64,000 nucleotides of DNA. It comes from a virus (lineage: Duplodnaviria > Caudoviricetes). Below are positions 27,467-37,498 of the stretch, piece by piece; the stretch's first letter is position 1; every line of letters starts with the position of its first letter. The stretch lies in IMG/VR virus record IMGVR_UViG_3300034161_000008, positions 154,437 to 218,436 of that record. One strand, 5' to 3'. A program made the position numbers and the translations under genes. The notes beneath the pieces are model-generated. The model searched no databases and was not told where the DNA came from. It saw only the letters and a program-made list of their open reading frames with translations.

Positions 27467-28570
27467 TCAGAGTGACGGAGCGTTACCAAGACGGTAGGCC
27501 TTGAGGATTTCACCAACGTCAGGACCGGAGCCCTTGTTGGCGGACTTCAGATCACGCACGCTCAGCTGCGAAGGCTGAGGAATGCCGCGATGGTAGAACG
27601 TAACCATGCCCCACTCTTTGTCGACGACCGCCATGATCATCAGGTAGGTGGCTTCGAAGATCTTCTGGCGAGTTTTGAAGTTCGACAGCTTGCCGTTCAC
27701 TTTCAGTTCCAGCGCTTCAGCCGAACCAGAGGAGATCACAGCGATGTTCGATGCAGTGGCTACCGACGGGTTGCCCGACACCAGAGTCGACAGGCGGTTG
27801 CCCTTACGACGCTTGAGCATGTTGGCGTAAACCTGGTCAGCAGACATCAGGTTGCTGGTGTGAGCATCGATCAGATCTTGGCACAACACCAAGTCACGGA
27901 TGAACTCCAGACGACCAGCACGCCATGCGTGATAGCGCTCTTTCATCGAAGTATCTTGGTTGCCCACAGATAAAATATGAACGAGGCTCTCACTCGCCAG
28001 TGCTGTGGCGATCAGACGAATCGATACCGGAATGCTGGCGCTGTTCTTGCCGTCAGTGATTTCGACAGACAGCATTTTGCCGACGCTGAGGTTGCTCAGC
28101 TCTTTGGTAGTGGAGATCGCATCACGACCCAGACCAACGCTGTGATCAGCTTTGTCTTTGTCAGTGTCGACGCCCAACACCATTGCTTCCAGAGCCGGAG
28201 TGATCTGGCTATAAGAAGGCAGCTTGTGTTTGTACGCTTCGGTTGCCATTACCCAGCCGAGGCTGTTGGTGGCAGAGTCGATCACGCTACGCGACGGGTT
28301 GAGCTTGTCGAGATGACGCATGGTCTCGATGTTGCCAACGTTAGCCGAGATAGCAATGGCTTGCAGGTAGTAGCCCGAGAAGATCGCGAGCAATGACTGC
28401 GAGACTTCAGACAGCTCTTCGTAGAACATCAAATCGTTGTCGACCAGCATGATGGGCTCGACGCGAGCTGCTCGAGTGTAATCGATCAACGAGTCGGAAC
28501 GTGCGCCGTTCCACAGGTCCGTAATTTTACGGAATACAGATAGGCCCGCGTCAGCGGCATCTTTAAACAT
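27467..28570 (-). CDS. Head/inner-body protein (phiKZ gp89 position)
   Basis: 367 aa; internal ATE/ALE sites; divergent from the baseplate pair; synteny. Confidence 0.6.
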   Translation of the reverse strand: MFKDAADAGLSVFRKITDLWNGARSDSLIDYTRAARVEPIMLVDNDLMFYEELSEVSQSLLAIFSGYYLQAIAISANVGNIETMRHLDKLNPSRSVIDSATNSLGWVMATEAYKHKLPSYSQITPALEAMVLGVDTDKDKADHSVGLGRDAISTTKELSNLSVGKMLSVEITDGKNSASIPVSIRLIATALASESLVHILSVGNQDTSMKERYHAWRAGRLEFIRDLVLCQDLIDAHTSNLMSADQVYANMLKRRKGNRLSTLVSGNPSVATASNIAVISSGSAEALELKVNGKLSNFKTRQKIFEATYLMIMAVVDKEWGMVTFYHRGIPQPSQLSVRDLKSANKGSGPDVGEILKAYRLGNAPSL

Positions 28571-28600
28571 GGTGAGATCCTTTACAGGTAGAGGTTATAA

Positions 28601-29707
28601 ATGGCTGACAACAAGTCACCGACCGTTGAGGAAATCCTAGCGGCTAAGTCGCTGGGTACTCCGGGAGACAACATCGACAAGGCCGGACAACCCGAAGTAG
28701 GGCTGGATGCCAACGGGCCATACAAGTCAGGCAGCGGGAACGGCGTAGGCAATATCTCTACCGCGATCGGTGATAACTTTTTCGGCATAAACCATCGCCA
28801 ACAACCCAACCCGATCTCCATCAACAGAGACCTGTTCGGGTTAACGTTCTTCACTCGACCAGCACTGAACTTGCAAGCGGAAAACATCCGTAACCACCGC
28901 AAGCTCAACCCACTGTTGTCCACACAGCCTGACAGTATTCCAAGGATCATTCGCTGCCTACTAGACAGACGTTTGGATGGCGCTGGAATCACCAGTCCTT
29001 TCGTGGATAACTCACAAGCGTTCATACCTGTACTGACAAACAACCTGCTCTCAATGAGTGGTTGGCCTGATATGAACACTCCGGTTTTCCAATCCCCCGA
29101 CGGTGTCTATAAAGAAACCTTCGGCATGGTCGATGGCATTGTCGATAATTACTCGTCATACGATATATCCGCCAACTTCCGGAACATGCCCGGCGACCCC
29201 ATCACAGCGATGATGATGTACTGGTTGCGTTATATGTCCGCAGTGTTCGAAGGCATCCTCGTACCGTACCCTGAGTTCATCATTGAGAACGAAATCGACT
29301 ACCAAACTCGGATCTACCGACTGGTGCTCGACTACACTCGAACCAAGGTGCAAAAGATCGGTGCATGTGGTGCAGCCATCCCAATGGTAGCGCCTACTGG
29401 TGCAGCACTGAACTTCGAAGCAGACCGTCCAATCAACAACTCAGCTGACCAGATCAGTCTGAGCTTTCGTTGCTATGGCGCGATGTACGGGGACGACGTA
29501 CTGATCGAGGAGTTCAACGACACCGTAGTCCTCTTCAACGACCTGATGAGTGATGCGAACCGTAAGTCCGAGATGCAACAAGTCCCGATGGCTTACCTCG
29601 AAATCTTCAACCACAAAGGTTATCCTCGCATCAACCCAGCCAACTACAACTTGGAATGGTACGTGATGAAAGACGAGTATAAACTCATGGCTCCGAAACT
29701 TACCTAA
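28601..29707 (+). CDS. Tube-fold baseplate protein (phiKZ gp88 position; T4 gp48/54-like)
   Basis: 368 aa; FGLTFFTRP, NEIDYQTRIYRLVLD, ISLSFRC; synteny. Confidence 0.55.
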   Translation: MADNKSPTVEEILAAKSLGTPGDNIDKAGQPEVGLDANGPYKSGSGNGVGNISTAIGDNFFGINHRQQPNPISINRDLFGLTFFTRPALNLQAENIRNHRKLNPLLSTQPDSIPRIIRCLLDRRLDGAGITSPFVDNSQAFIPVLTNNLLSMSGWPDMNTPVFQSPDGVYKETFGMVDGIVDNYSSYDISANFRNMPGDPITAMMMYWLRYMSAVFEGILVPYPEFIIENEIDYQTRIYRLVLDYTRTKVQKIGACGAAIPMVAPTGAALNFEADRPINNSADQISLSFRCYGAMYGDDVLIEEFNDTVVLFNDLMSDANRKSEMQQVPMAYLEIFNHKGYPRINPANYNLEWYVMKDEYKLMAPKLT

Positions 29708-29720
29708 GGCGACCTTTACA

Positions 29721-32636
29721 ATGGCTACCACAGTTGCCCAGCTGCTCCAGAACCTTGATGCAGTACGCTACAACCCCTCCAGCATTCAGCGCGGCGTTTA
29801 CGCGACTCTGGACAGCATCAACGACGGTTCTAAAGTCGTAGTCGATGCCACCAACCCACTGGCATTCGGATTGGACGCAGCAGCGTGCATGACCGCAGCA
29901 TTCTGCATCGAGAACGCCACCAACAACCGTGCACAATATCCATCAGTCGCACAGACGTGGGACGATCTCTATCGTCACGCTTCCGACAAAGATTACCTCA
30001 ACCGTTTCTCTGGCCCATCACGCACCACAATGTCTTTGCTCCTCAGCAAGGACGAAGTGATCTCCCGTGCCATCCAGACAGACAACCCAAACATCAAGAA
30101 GCTGGTGATCCCACGCAACACGGTATTCACCGTAGCGGACACAGACTTCTCGATGCAGTATCCAATCGAGCTGCGAGTGATGTCACACGGAGGCCTACAG
30201 ATCGTTTACGACGGTGACGTAACCTCCCCACTCCAAGCACTGGTCAGCAACGTAGTGCCCGTCACGGAAGTCTCCAACTCCGGGATGCAATGGCTCAAGC
30301 TCGACATCGCCGTCAACCAGTTCAACGTCCTCTCCCGCCAAGGAGCACTGAACGCTGCAACCGGTTACAAAGCCACGATCGTATTGCAAGATCTCTACTA
30401 CTACACACGAGTCTATATCGAGGATTCCAAAGGCAACTGGAACGAGATCCGAACCACCCATTCCGACCAGATATACGACATCCTAACCCCCACCGCAGTC
30501 CTCAAAGTAGTAGACCAAACACTCACCGTTGAGATCCCGCAAATCTACACCACCACCCTCAGTCTTAATGCAGGCATTCGTATCGATGCTTACCAGACTA
30601 AGGGACCGTTAGACATGATCCTCAACGACTATGACTTCGATCGCTTCAAGGCAACGTTCCTTGCCATAGACTCAGCCGATGACAACCAGTACGTCGCTCC
30701 ACTCAAAACGTTCCACAACATCGCAGTGTTCTCTCGTGATGTAGTAACGGGTGGTAACCTCGGTCTGACCTTTGAACAGTTCCGCGATCGCATCATGAAG
30801 AACGCAACTGGTTCAGTCACCATTCCAATCACCAACGCACAGATCGAAGCTGAGTTAGTAGACGCTGGTTACAGTGTGGTTAAGAACATCGACAACATTA
30901 CTAACCGCGTGTTCCTCGCCACTCGCTCACTCCCTCCACCCACCGTAGTAGATACAAACGTGGTGACAGGAGCTGCATGCTCAATCGAAACTCTGTCACT
31001 TAACTTCAACGACGTAACACTCCTAGACTCGGTGATTGACAACGGGGAGCGGATCACGATCACTCCTGACACGTTGTACCGAAACCAAGGAGGCGTGATC
31101 AAATTCCTCTCTAACCAAGAGACGGATCAGATCCTCGCACAACCGATTGACACACGTGCACAGACGGTGACTAACGGATCGTTTTTGTACACTCCCCTCC
31201 ACTATGTGCTTGATACTACAGGAGATACCTTCGACTCCCGGCCGTACTACCTTGATTCGCCCGTAGTAGACGCCAAGAGTTTCGTAGGTGAGAACGATAC
31301 TACCCTCCTGCAAGTCGGCACAGACTCCTACAGCCTCGATCGTGTTCCAACCGGATACCGCCTAAGGGTTGTCACTGTGTCCAACACAGACTTCCAGGCG
31401 CTGTCTGACAGCGAGGTGTTTGCACAAATGTCTTTCATCCCACCAGGAGAAAAAGACTACGCTTACCTGTTGGGTTCCTACTACGGGAAGACTGACAGTG
31501 GTGAACGAGTGTTCGACTTTATGTTGGACACACGCTTCGATGTGGATTCGTTGGATCAGTTGGTGTTCAACTCTTTCCTGATGTACGGGGACGAACCGAA
31601 GAAGACTCCGACGCAACTCTCGACAACCTTCAACATCCTTTGGGCAACCTCTGCTGTGATGCCTGATGGTTACGTTGCAGGTCAAGGTGGTGTGGATGAA
31701 TTGCTCGGTGCTTTCCAATTGCCTGCTCGTATCGCTGGGGTGACGCATGAGACAATGTCTGTTACTTTTGGTAGTGCTCTGGATACTCTGTGGGCCCGTA
31801 GTCGTTCGGTGATTGACTCCGTTCCTTACAAGCGTTGGGAAGTGGATGTTCCATGGACGTACGACGCTGACGTGTATCTGCCATTCCCTGATGGCAGTAC
31901 GGTACAGATTGTTGATGGGGTTGCTACCTACAACAAGGTTCACTCTGCTGGTGACTTTGTGTTGGACGACAATGGTGACAAGACGTACCAGTATCGTATC
32001 GGCGACACCATGACAGATGCCAGTGGTCAACCGATCCCTGCCTCTACTCGTGGCATGACTCGTCAGTGCGATATGTTGTTCATCGAAGGCGCTTACTGGT
32101 TTGCAACTGAGGCCAGTACACTCACTTACCGTAAAGCGATTACCACTCTGTTGGTGTCGTGGTTGGTGAATGACTTTGAGACAATGAACGAGAAACTCCT
32201 AGAGCAGACTCGACTGTATTTCTACCCTAACTCGACTATGGGCAACATTGATGTCATGATCTTGGATGGGCTGGTAACTACCATTGAGGCTGGTCAGCGT
32301 TTCACTCTGACTCTCTCTGTCTCTGAGACGGTTGACCGTAACGATGAGCTTAAAGCCAAGCTTGAGCGCACTGCTATTAAAACCATTCAGGAACAACTGA
32401 GCCAACCTCTCGTTGCTCACTCTCTGATCGTAGATGCCCTCCAGGACATTCTGGGGAGTGACATCAAAGGGCTGACTCTGACGATGCTGGGTGACGCTCA
32501 GAACATCGCTGTGGCCACCGTAATGGACGACACTACTCGTCTGGGTATCCGCAAGCGTCTGGCAGCATTGCCTGACGATACACTCGTCGTGCAAGACGAC
32601 GTGACTGTTGATTTCATCCGACACGAAATCAAGTAA
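29721..32636 (+). CDS. Baseplate wedge protein (phiKZ gp87 position; T4 gp6-like)
   Basis: 971 aa; GG...TFEQFRDRI...PITN resembles the gp6/gpJ signature; synteny. Confidence 0.6.
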   Translation: MATTVAQLLQNLDAVRYNPSSIQRGVYATLDSINDGSKVVVDATNPLAFGLDAAACMTAAFCIENATNNRAQYPSVAQTWDDLYRHASDKDYLNRFSGPSRTTMSLLLSKDEVISRAIQTDNPNIKKLVIPRNTVFTVADTDFSMQYPIELRVMSHGGLQIVYDGDVTSPLQALVSNVVPVTEVSNSGMQWLKLDIAVNQFNVLSRQGALNAATGYKATIVLQDLYYYTRVYIEDSKGNWNEIRTTHSDQIYDILTPTAVLKVVDQTLTVEIPQIYTTTLSLNAGIRIDAYQTKGPLDMILNDYDFDRFKATFLAIDSADDNQYVAPLKTFHNIAVFSRDVVTGGNLGLTFEQFRDRIMKNATGSVTIPITNAQIEAELVDAGYSVVKNIDNITNRVFLATRSLPPPTVVDTNVVTGAACSIETLSLNFNDVTLLDSVIDNGERITITPDTLYRNQGGVIKFLSNQETDQILAQPIDTRAQTVTNGSFLYTPLHYVLDTTGDTFDSRPYYLDSPVVDAKSFVGENDTTLLQVGTDSYSLDRVPTGYRLRVVTVSNTDFQALSDSEVFAQMSFIPPGEKDYAYLLGSYYGKTDSGERVFDFMLDTRFDVDSLDQLVFNSFLMYGDEPKKTPTQLSTTFNILWATSAVMPDGYVAGQGGVDELLGAFQLPARIAGVTHETMSVTFGSALDTLWARSRSVIDSVPYKRWEVDVPWTYDADVYLPFPDGSTVQIVDGVATYNKVHSAGDFVLDDNGDKTYQYRIGDTMTDASGQPIPASTRGMTRQCDMLFIEGAYWFATEASTLTYRKAITTLLVSWLVNDFETMNEKLLEQTRLYFYPNSTMGNIDVMILDGLVTTIEAGQRFTLTLSVSETVDRNDELKAKLERTAIKTIQEQLSQPLVAHSLIVDALQDILGSDIKGLTLTMLGDAQNIAVATVMDDTTRLGIRKRLAALPDDTLVVQDDVTVDFIRHEIK

Positions 32637-32697
32637 CAGCATAGAACCCTCCTACCCCTTGACTAACGTCTTGGAGTGGGAGGGTTCTTTATGCCGC
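32637..32697. terminator. Bidirectional hairpin (TATGCCG family)
   Basis: CAGCATAGAACCCTCC...GGAGGGTTCTTTATGCCGC between convergent stops. Confidence 0.8.
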
Positions 32698-32701
32698 AGT
32701 G

Positions 32702-34030
32702 TTACTTCTTCTTTTTGAGCTCTTTGAGTTTGTCTTTAAGCTTCTTGACAGACTCAGGCAACTCCGTCCCAGCGTTCTTGCAACGTGACTCCATCTCACG
32801 CACCAAGTCTTCCTGCACCAACACAGCTTCGGTGACCAGTTTCTGCATCATGGTAGAAGCCCCCATGATGATCTTGTACACACGAACCAACGCAGTGACC
32901 TCCTGCATCATGAACGCCATGCACTGACGGATCTCCTTACCACGCTCCAGAGACAAACCACCAATCTTGTCATCGTGGTCACCCGAGTACAGCTTCTCTT
33001 TGGCAGCCAAGGACGTATGCAGTGCGTCCATGTTGTCATCAAGCTCACTACGGTCTTTCAAGGTCTTCACCAAACCTTGGTTGTCCATAGCACGAGACAA
33101 CTCAGTCAGAGCACGGTCCCAGTTGTCACCCAGCTTGTGGGGTTGAGCAGCTTTGATCGTGAAGTGGTCATCCAACTCCTTAGCCACATCCACAATGTTG
33201 CCTTTAAGCTTCTCACTCCACACCACAGCAATAGGAATCATGATCTGGCGAGTGTTCATCGACGTACGGTTATCCGTAGTGATGTCATCCGACCCAGTAT
33301 CATTGCTGATGGTCTGGTTCAGCAGCATGACCTTGTTCTTGAACATGCCATTGGCCTTGTCAATACCACGACAGACCTTCTCAAGCTCACGAGCCAATGC
33401 CCCATGGTTGAGCAAGTCACTGACCAGCTCATTCTGGTTACGCAAGAAGTCGTAGATCTTGGTATCACGACGAATAGCCATGTCACGAGCCACGGTATCG
33501 AGCGTATCGCCATCACTGGTCTTGTCATGCTGCACGTCTTCCATGATGCGCTTGACTTGATCGATGGTCTCACTCGAAGACTCGTGCTTAGTAGCGATGT
33601 CACCACCACTGCCAGCACTGCCATCAGCATCATCACCACCACGACCACGGAACCAACTGATCAACTTCCACAGCAAAGCCAGTGCAGCAGCAATGCCCGC
33701 AGCAATCAGAGCCCACATGCCCTTAGAGACTTCCTCCAACGCTACCTTCAAGCGAGTAGCACTGATGTCCTTGGAGTAATAGCCCAATGGCACGCGATCA
33801 GTAATCAGATAGCCAGGCACAATCGCCTCAGCTTCCAATGCAAAGCGCTGACACATGCCCCCAGCACGTTCAATGTCCTCTGCTACACGAGTGAGGTCCA
33901 ACACCTGCTCTTCGAATGCCACGACAATCTTAATGTCGGCATCCAACTCAGGCAACTCACCAGCAATGATAGGCTCCTCGAAGACCTGTTCATTCTCCAG
34001 CTCGTACCCGTCATTCAGACTGACGTCCAT
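32702..34030 (-). CDS. Processed head/ejection protein with post-cleavage hydrophobic helix, paralog 1
   Basis: 442 aa; VALE-EVSKGMWALIAAGIAAALALLWKLISWF followed by a Gly/Ser linker. Confidence 0.65.
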   Translation of the reverse strand: MDVSLNDGYELENEQVFEEPIIAGELPELDADIKIVVAFEEQVLDLTRVAEDIERAGGMCQRFALEAEAIVPGYLITDRVPLGYYSKDISATRLKVALEEVSKGMWALIAAGIAAALALLWKLISWFRGRGGDDADGSAGSGGDIATKHESSSETIDQVKRIMEDVQHDKTSDGDTLDTVARDMAIRRDTKIYDFLRNQNELVSDLLNHGALARELEKVCRGIDKANGMFKNKVMLLNQTISNDTGSDDITTDNRTSMNTRQIMIPIAVVWSEKLKGNIVDVAKELDDHFTIKAAQPHKLGDNWDRALTELSRAMDNQGLVKTLKDRSELDDNMDALHTSLAAKEKLYSGDHDDKIGGLSLERGKEIRQCMAFMMQEVTALVRVYKIIMGASTMMQKLVTEAVLVQEDLVREMESRCKNAGTELPESVKKLKDKLKELKKKK

Positions 34031-34343
34031 AGATGTTCCTTAAGAAGTTTTTCCAGAGAGTTGAAATATCGAGTCTTGGGTTTTAGGTCTAAAAGGGTGT
34101 TTTAGCACCTCCCTCTTTTACCCCACCCCCCTTGTTGGCCGGGACCCAAAACAGGCTTTGACAACCTATGAGTTTTTTTCAGAAAAAGGTCTTTATCGCC
34201 CCACTAAGCAAAAGCTCTTGACTTATGCCCGCCCGTGCTTCGCGTCAGCATTAGGCCCCATTAAGAAACTGTTTAGAAAAAAACCCTTAAAAGCGTAGGG
34301 GAGCACGCTCCCCATCGCATTCGCTACAGTAGACAGTGCCCCC

Positions 34344-35729
34344 TTACTTACGACCCGGCTTGGTGTTGTCGATAGCCTTCTTCAAAGCTTCCGATACTTC
34401 CTTGCCATCCTTCTTCAAAGCAGCAGCAGAGGCACGCAGTACAGCGTGGGTGTGTACCACACCTTGCTGGAGCACTGTGGCCATCTCGTTGAAGTTGGAG
34501 ATGATCAAGGCGTTCAGTCGCAGGAACGAAGTCATCCACGCCAGATACTCTTTGTAAGCTGTACGGGTGGCAGTCTCTGCGTTGTGGCGTGCCGCCAGAT
34601 AGGCGCTGTCTGGGGCCTTACCGATGCCTAGGAGCGACTTAGCGCCTGCGGCTTTGCCAGCGTCAGACTTGTCGGTCAAATCGGCGTGTGGGCTCTTGGA
34701 GGCTTCACGGTCGATGAAGGGCTGGACTTTCTCACGCAGCATCTTGTCGGCAGACTTCGCTGCCTCCAACCCCTCAGACATGTCTCCGATCATTGCGAAC
34801 AAAGGTTCGATAGTCCCTTCGTTGGAATAGATTCGAGCGATGTTCTTGTGGTGGGTGCGCAGGTCAGACTTGCTGAAGGTGCGGTGTGAGTTTTTCCAGC
34901 CGTCGGTCTCGGCGTAGAAACGTTCGATGAACTGCTTGAGGGTGTAACTGTTGACTACGGCTTTAGTGCCTTTGAGTCCGCCAATCACCACCGAGAGTTT
35001 ACCGATTTCTTCAAAGCCTTCTTTGGAGATGAACTTGCCTTCGGCTTCCCCGGCGTCAATGGTTTCCCATGCCCCGACCAAACTCCCCACAGCTTCCGCT
35101 ACAGTGCCAGAGTTTTGGTGGACCATGCCCAAGTGATCCATGGCCTCTTCCATCAGCTTGCCGAATTCGGATTTCTCCATGCAGCACTGGAATTGGAATT
35201 CGGTCAGACCTTTGATTTGGGCTTCGACGACTTCTTTGACTTCTGCGGAGTTCTCAACGTCACGGATCTCGACGGAAGGATTGTTGATAGTCTCCTCCAC
35301 GGTATCGGCAGATTGAGCGATCGTAGCTTTTACAGCTTCGACCTTCTTCTCCACTTTCTCGATCGGACTACCACCTCCGCCACCACCGCCCCCGCCTCCG
35401 GAACCACCACCATCAAACCAACCGAGCATCTTGCCGATCAGTGCGATTGCAGCAGCCACTGCCAGTGCGAGCAAAGCCCAGAAGCCGTCAGAGACTTCTT
35501 CCAGTGCTACGCTTGCAGCAGCGGTTTCTACCGCACGGTGACGACGAGAGAATGGACGATGCGACTCCATTGCAGTCACGACGCGGGAGACTTGAAACTC
35601 GAAGCCGTCTTCAGCAGCCAGAGCCGCCGTTTCGATTTCTTCGAACGGATACTCGAGGTCGACTTCTTTTACGATGCCCTCCCCCCGGTACTCGTGATCA
35701 TGCTCCAATGCAAGTTGTAGGTTGATCAT
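34344..35729 (-). CDS. Processed head/ejection protein, paralog 2
   Basis: 461 aa; VALE-EVSDGFWALLALAVAAAIALIGKMLGWF followed by poly-Gly. Confidence 0.65.
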   Translation of the reverse strand: MINLQLALEHDHEYRGEGIVKEVDLEYPFEEIETAALAAEDGFEFQVSRVVTAMESHRPFSRRHRAVETAAASVALEEVSDGFWALLALAVAAAIALIGKMLGWFDGGGSGGGGGGGGGGSPIEKVEKKVEAVKATIAQSADTVEETINNPSVEIRDVENSAEVKEVVEAQIKGLTEFQFQCCMEKSEFGKLMEEAMDHLGMVHQNSGTVAEAVGSLVGAWETIDAGEAEGKFISKEGFEEIGKLSVVIGGLKGTKAVVNSYTLKQFIERFYAETDGWKNSHRTFSKSDLRTHHKNIARIYSNEGTIEPLFAMIGDMSEGLEAAKSADKMLREKVQPFIDREASKSPHADLTDKSDAGKAAGAKSLLGIGKAPDSAYLAARHNAETATRTAYKEYLAWMTSFLRLNALIISNFNEMATVLQQGVVHTHAVLRASAAALKKDGKEVSEALKKAIDNTKPGRK

Positions 35730-37021
35730 TTTTTCTTTTCCAGAGACTTGATAGCGTCATTGAAATACTCAGGTACTTCATGACCCTTCGACTTGAGGAG
35801 GGTGCGGGCTTCGATCAAGATCTGACGCAGAGACGTCGAGAGGAACATCACGAACTTCGCATGCCGTTGAGCGGACCAGATGGTCAGGTGTACGTAACTG
35901 CCCAGAGCACGCAGAGACTTACATGTCTGCATGATGAACTTCTGCGATTCCTGTACCAACGCTTTGGAGTCTTCTTCAGTGCCGGGACCACTCACGCCAT
36001 GACGTACGGTGTCGTGGCGTTTAGCCAGAGTCTTGGCATCGTGTGCCAAGTTCTCGAGGATGTCCCCGTTACGCTTGAGCAACTCTTTGAAGAAATCGCA
36101 AGACTTCTCGCCATGCTGCACGAACGCACGAGACATTGCTGTAAAGTCACTGAGACGTTTAATCTCCAGCGGCTTGTCAGCGTTGGCTTCGCGATGGTTC
36201 ACCAACATCTGCACGTATTCGGTAAACGGCAGACCCTCGTCCCAATCCTGACCCACTACGCGGTTCTCGCGCAGTCGAACGATTGCAGAAGCAACGCTCT
36301 TGTAGTCTGGAGTGGAGCGGTCAAACTCGTCGGCGATACGGTTGGAGTCAGCCAATGCAATCTTGAGCATTGTGTTGGCAGTTGGTGCAAGGTTCTCGTC
36401 AGACTTCAGGAAGGCATAAAGACCATGCTGGTTAAGCATGTCGACGTCGAGCTGGGAGAAGTGAGCCAAACCTGTGTGAGCGTGAGACGCCATGTCTTCT
36501 TGAGCAACGTGCGTGCCGGAGAAATGTGCGGTGAGAGCTTCTTCCAACGCCTTGAGTTCTTCACCCGAGGCCTTAGCGATTGCGTCGGTGCTCGACGAGG
36601 CAGCCACGTGCGCTTTAAGGGCGTCATCGTTCGCTTTGAGGGCTTTCTCTAGGCCAGGCAAATCTGCGCCTCCAGAGCGCCCTGAGGAGCTTGAGGAGTC
36701 ACCACCGACGAGGGCAAAGATCAAAGTAATCACTGCGGCAAAAGCAGCAGCAATAGCAACAGCGATCGCAGCCCACATCCCACGGGAGATCTCCTCCAGC
36801 GAAACGCGGTACTGTGATTTAGAAGGTGTAGCACTGAAGTAGCCGATTGGACGAGACGGTTTCAGAAAGCCGGGCATCAACTGCTCGGCTTCCAGTGCCA
36901 TACCTTGAGAAACCCCACGCACCGAAGTGATCCGGCGCGAGAGGCGATTCAAGTTGTCCAAACTCTCTTCGAGTGCGATAGCTACCGACTCAAGACCAAG
37001 GTCTTCTAAGAGAGTTCGCAT
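35726..37021 (-). CDS. Processed head/ejection protein, paralog 3 (phiKZ gp86 position)
   Basis: 431 aa; VSLE-EISRGMWAAIAVAIAAAFAAVITLIF followed by a Ser/Gly linker. Confidence 0.65.
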   Translation of the reverse strand: MRTLLEDLGLESVAIALEESLDNLNRLSRRITSVRGVSQGMALEAEQLMPGFLKPSRPIGYFSATPSKSQYRVSLEEISRGMWAAIAVAIAAAFAAVITLIFALVGGDSSSSSGRSGGADLPGLEKALKANDDALKAHVAASSSTDAIAKASGEELKALEEALTAHFSGTHVAQEDMASHAHTGLAHFSQLDVDMLNQHGLYAFLKSDENLAPTANTMLKIALADSNRIADEFDRSTPDYKSVASAIVRLRENRVVGQDWDEGLPFTEYVQMLVNHREANADKPLEIKRLSDFTAMSRAFVQHGEKSCDFFKELLKRNGDILENLAHDAKTLAKRHDTVRHGVSGPGTEEDSKALVQESQKFIMQTCKSLRALGSYVHLTIWSAQRHAKFVMFLSTSLRQILIEARTLLKSKGHEVPEYFNDAIKSLEKKK

Positions 37022-37024
37022 GAC

Positions 37025-37498
37025 TTAGTACCCCGGTGGTGTGTTGCGGGATACTTCGGCAGTCATCGAGGCAGTCACTTCCAGAGAAAGGATTGCCAGT
37101 GCCACGCGGTTGCCTTCGAGCAGTGCACGGCCGTCGCTGGAGATCAGCGTCGAGGCGTTGAAGTAGCTTTCGAAGAACGTACCGGTGTCGCCGCCGTAGT
37201 AGGCGTGTGGTTGTGGATGCGCAGCGTAGTAGCGAACCAGCCACAGGTTGCGAGTCCATTCCAGCGCGTCCTTGCAGTCCAGGACGATGTTCTCGTTGAT
37301 GTTGCCTACCGCGTCACGTACACCAGCAAGGTTCTGCATGTTGTAGAAGTTGGTAGGGTCTTCAACCACCGAGCTCGGCAGGGCGATTTCGCGGGACAAA
37401 GCAATGCCCACGGCAGCAGCCAATACACGGGCACGGGAGGTCACGTCAGGCAAGGCTTCCTGAATGCGGGCAGACAGCGAGAGGAACGAGGTATTCAT
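37025..37498 (-). CDS. Conserved virion protein (phiKZ gp85 position)
   Basis: 157 aa; coupled to neighbours; synteny. Confidence 0.55.
   Translation of the reverse strand: MNTSFLSLSARIQEALPDVTSRARVLAAAVGIALSREIALPSSVVEDPTNFYNMQNLAGVRDAVGNINENIVLDCKDALEWTRNLWLVRYYAAHPQPHAYYGGDTGTFFESYFNASTLISSDGRALLEGNRVALAILSLEVTASMTAEVSRNTPPGY

Noticed and set aside
35370-35415. CCA/CCG tandem repeat
   Set aside because: It encodes the poly-Gly linker of the head protein.
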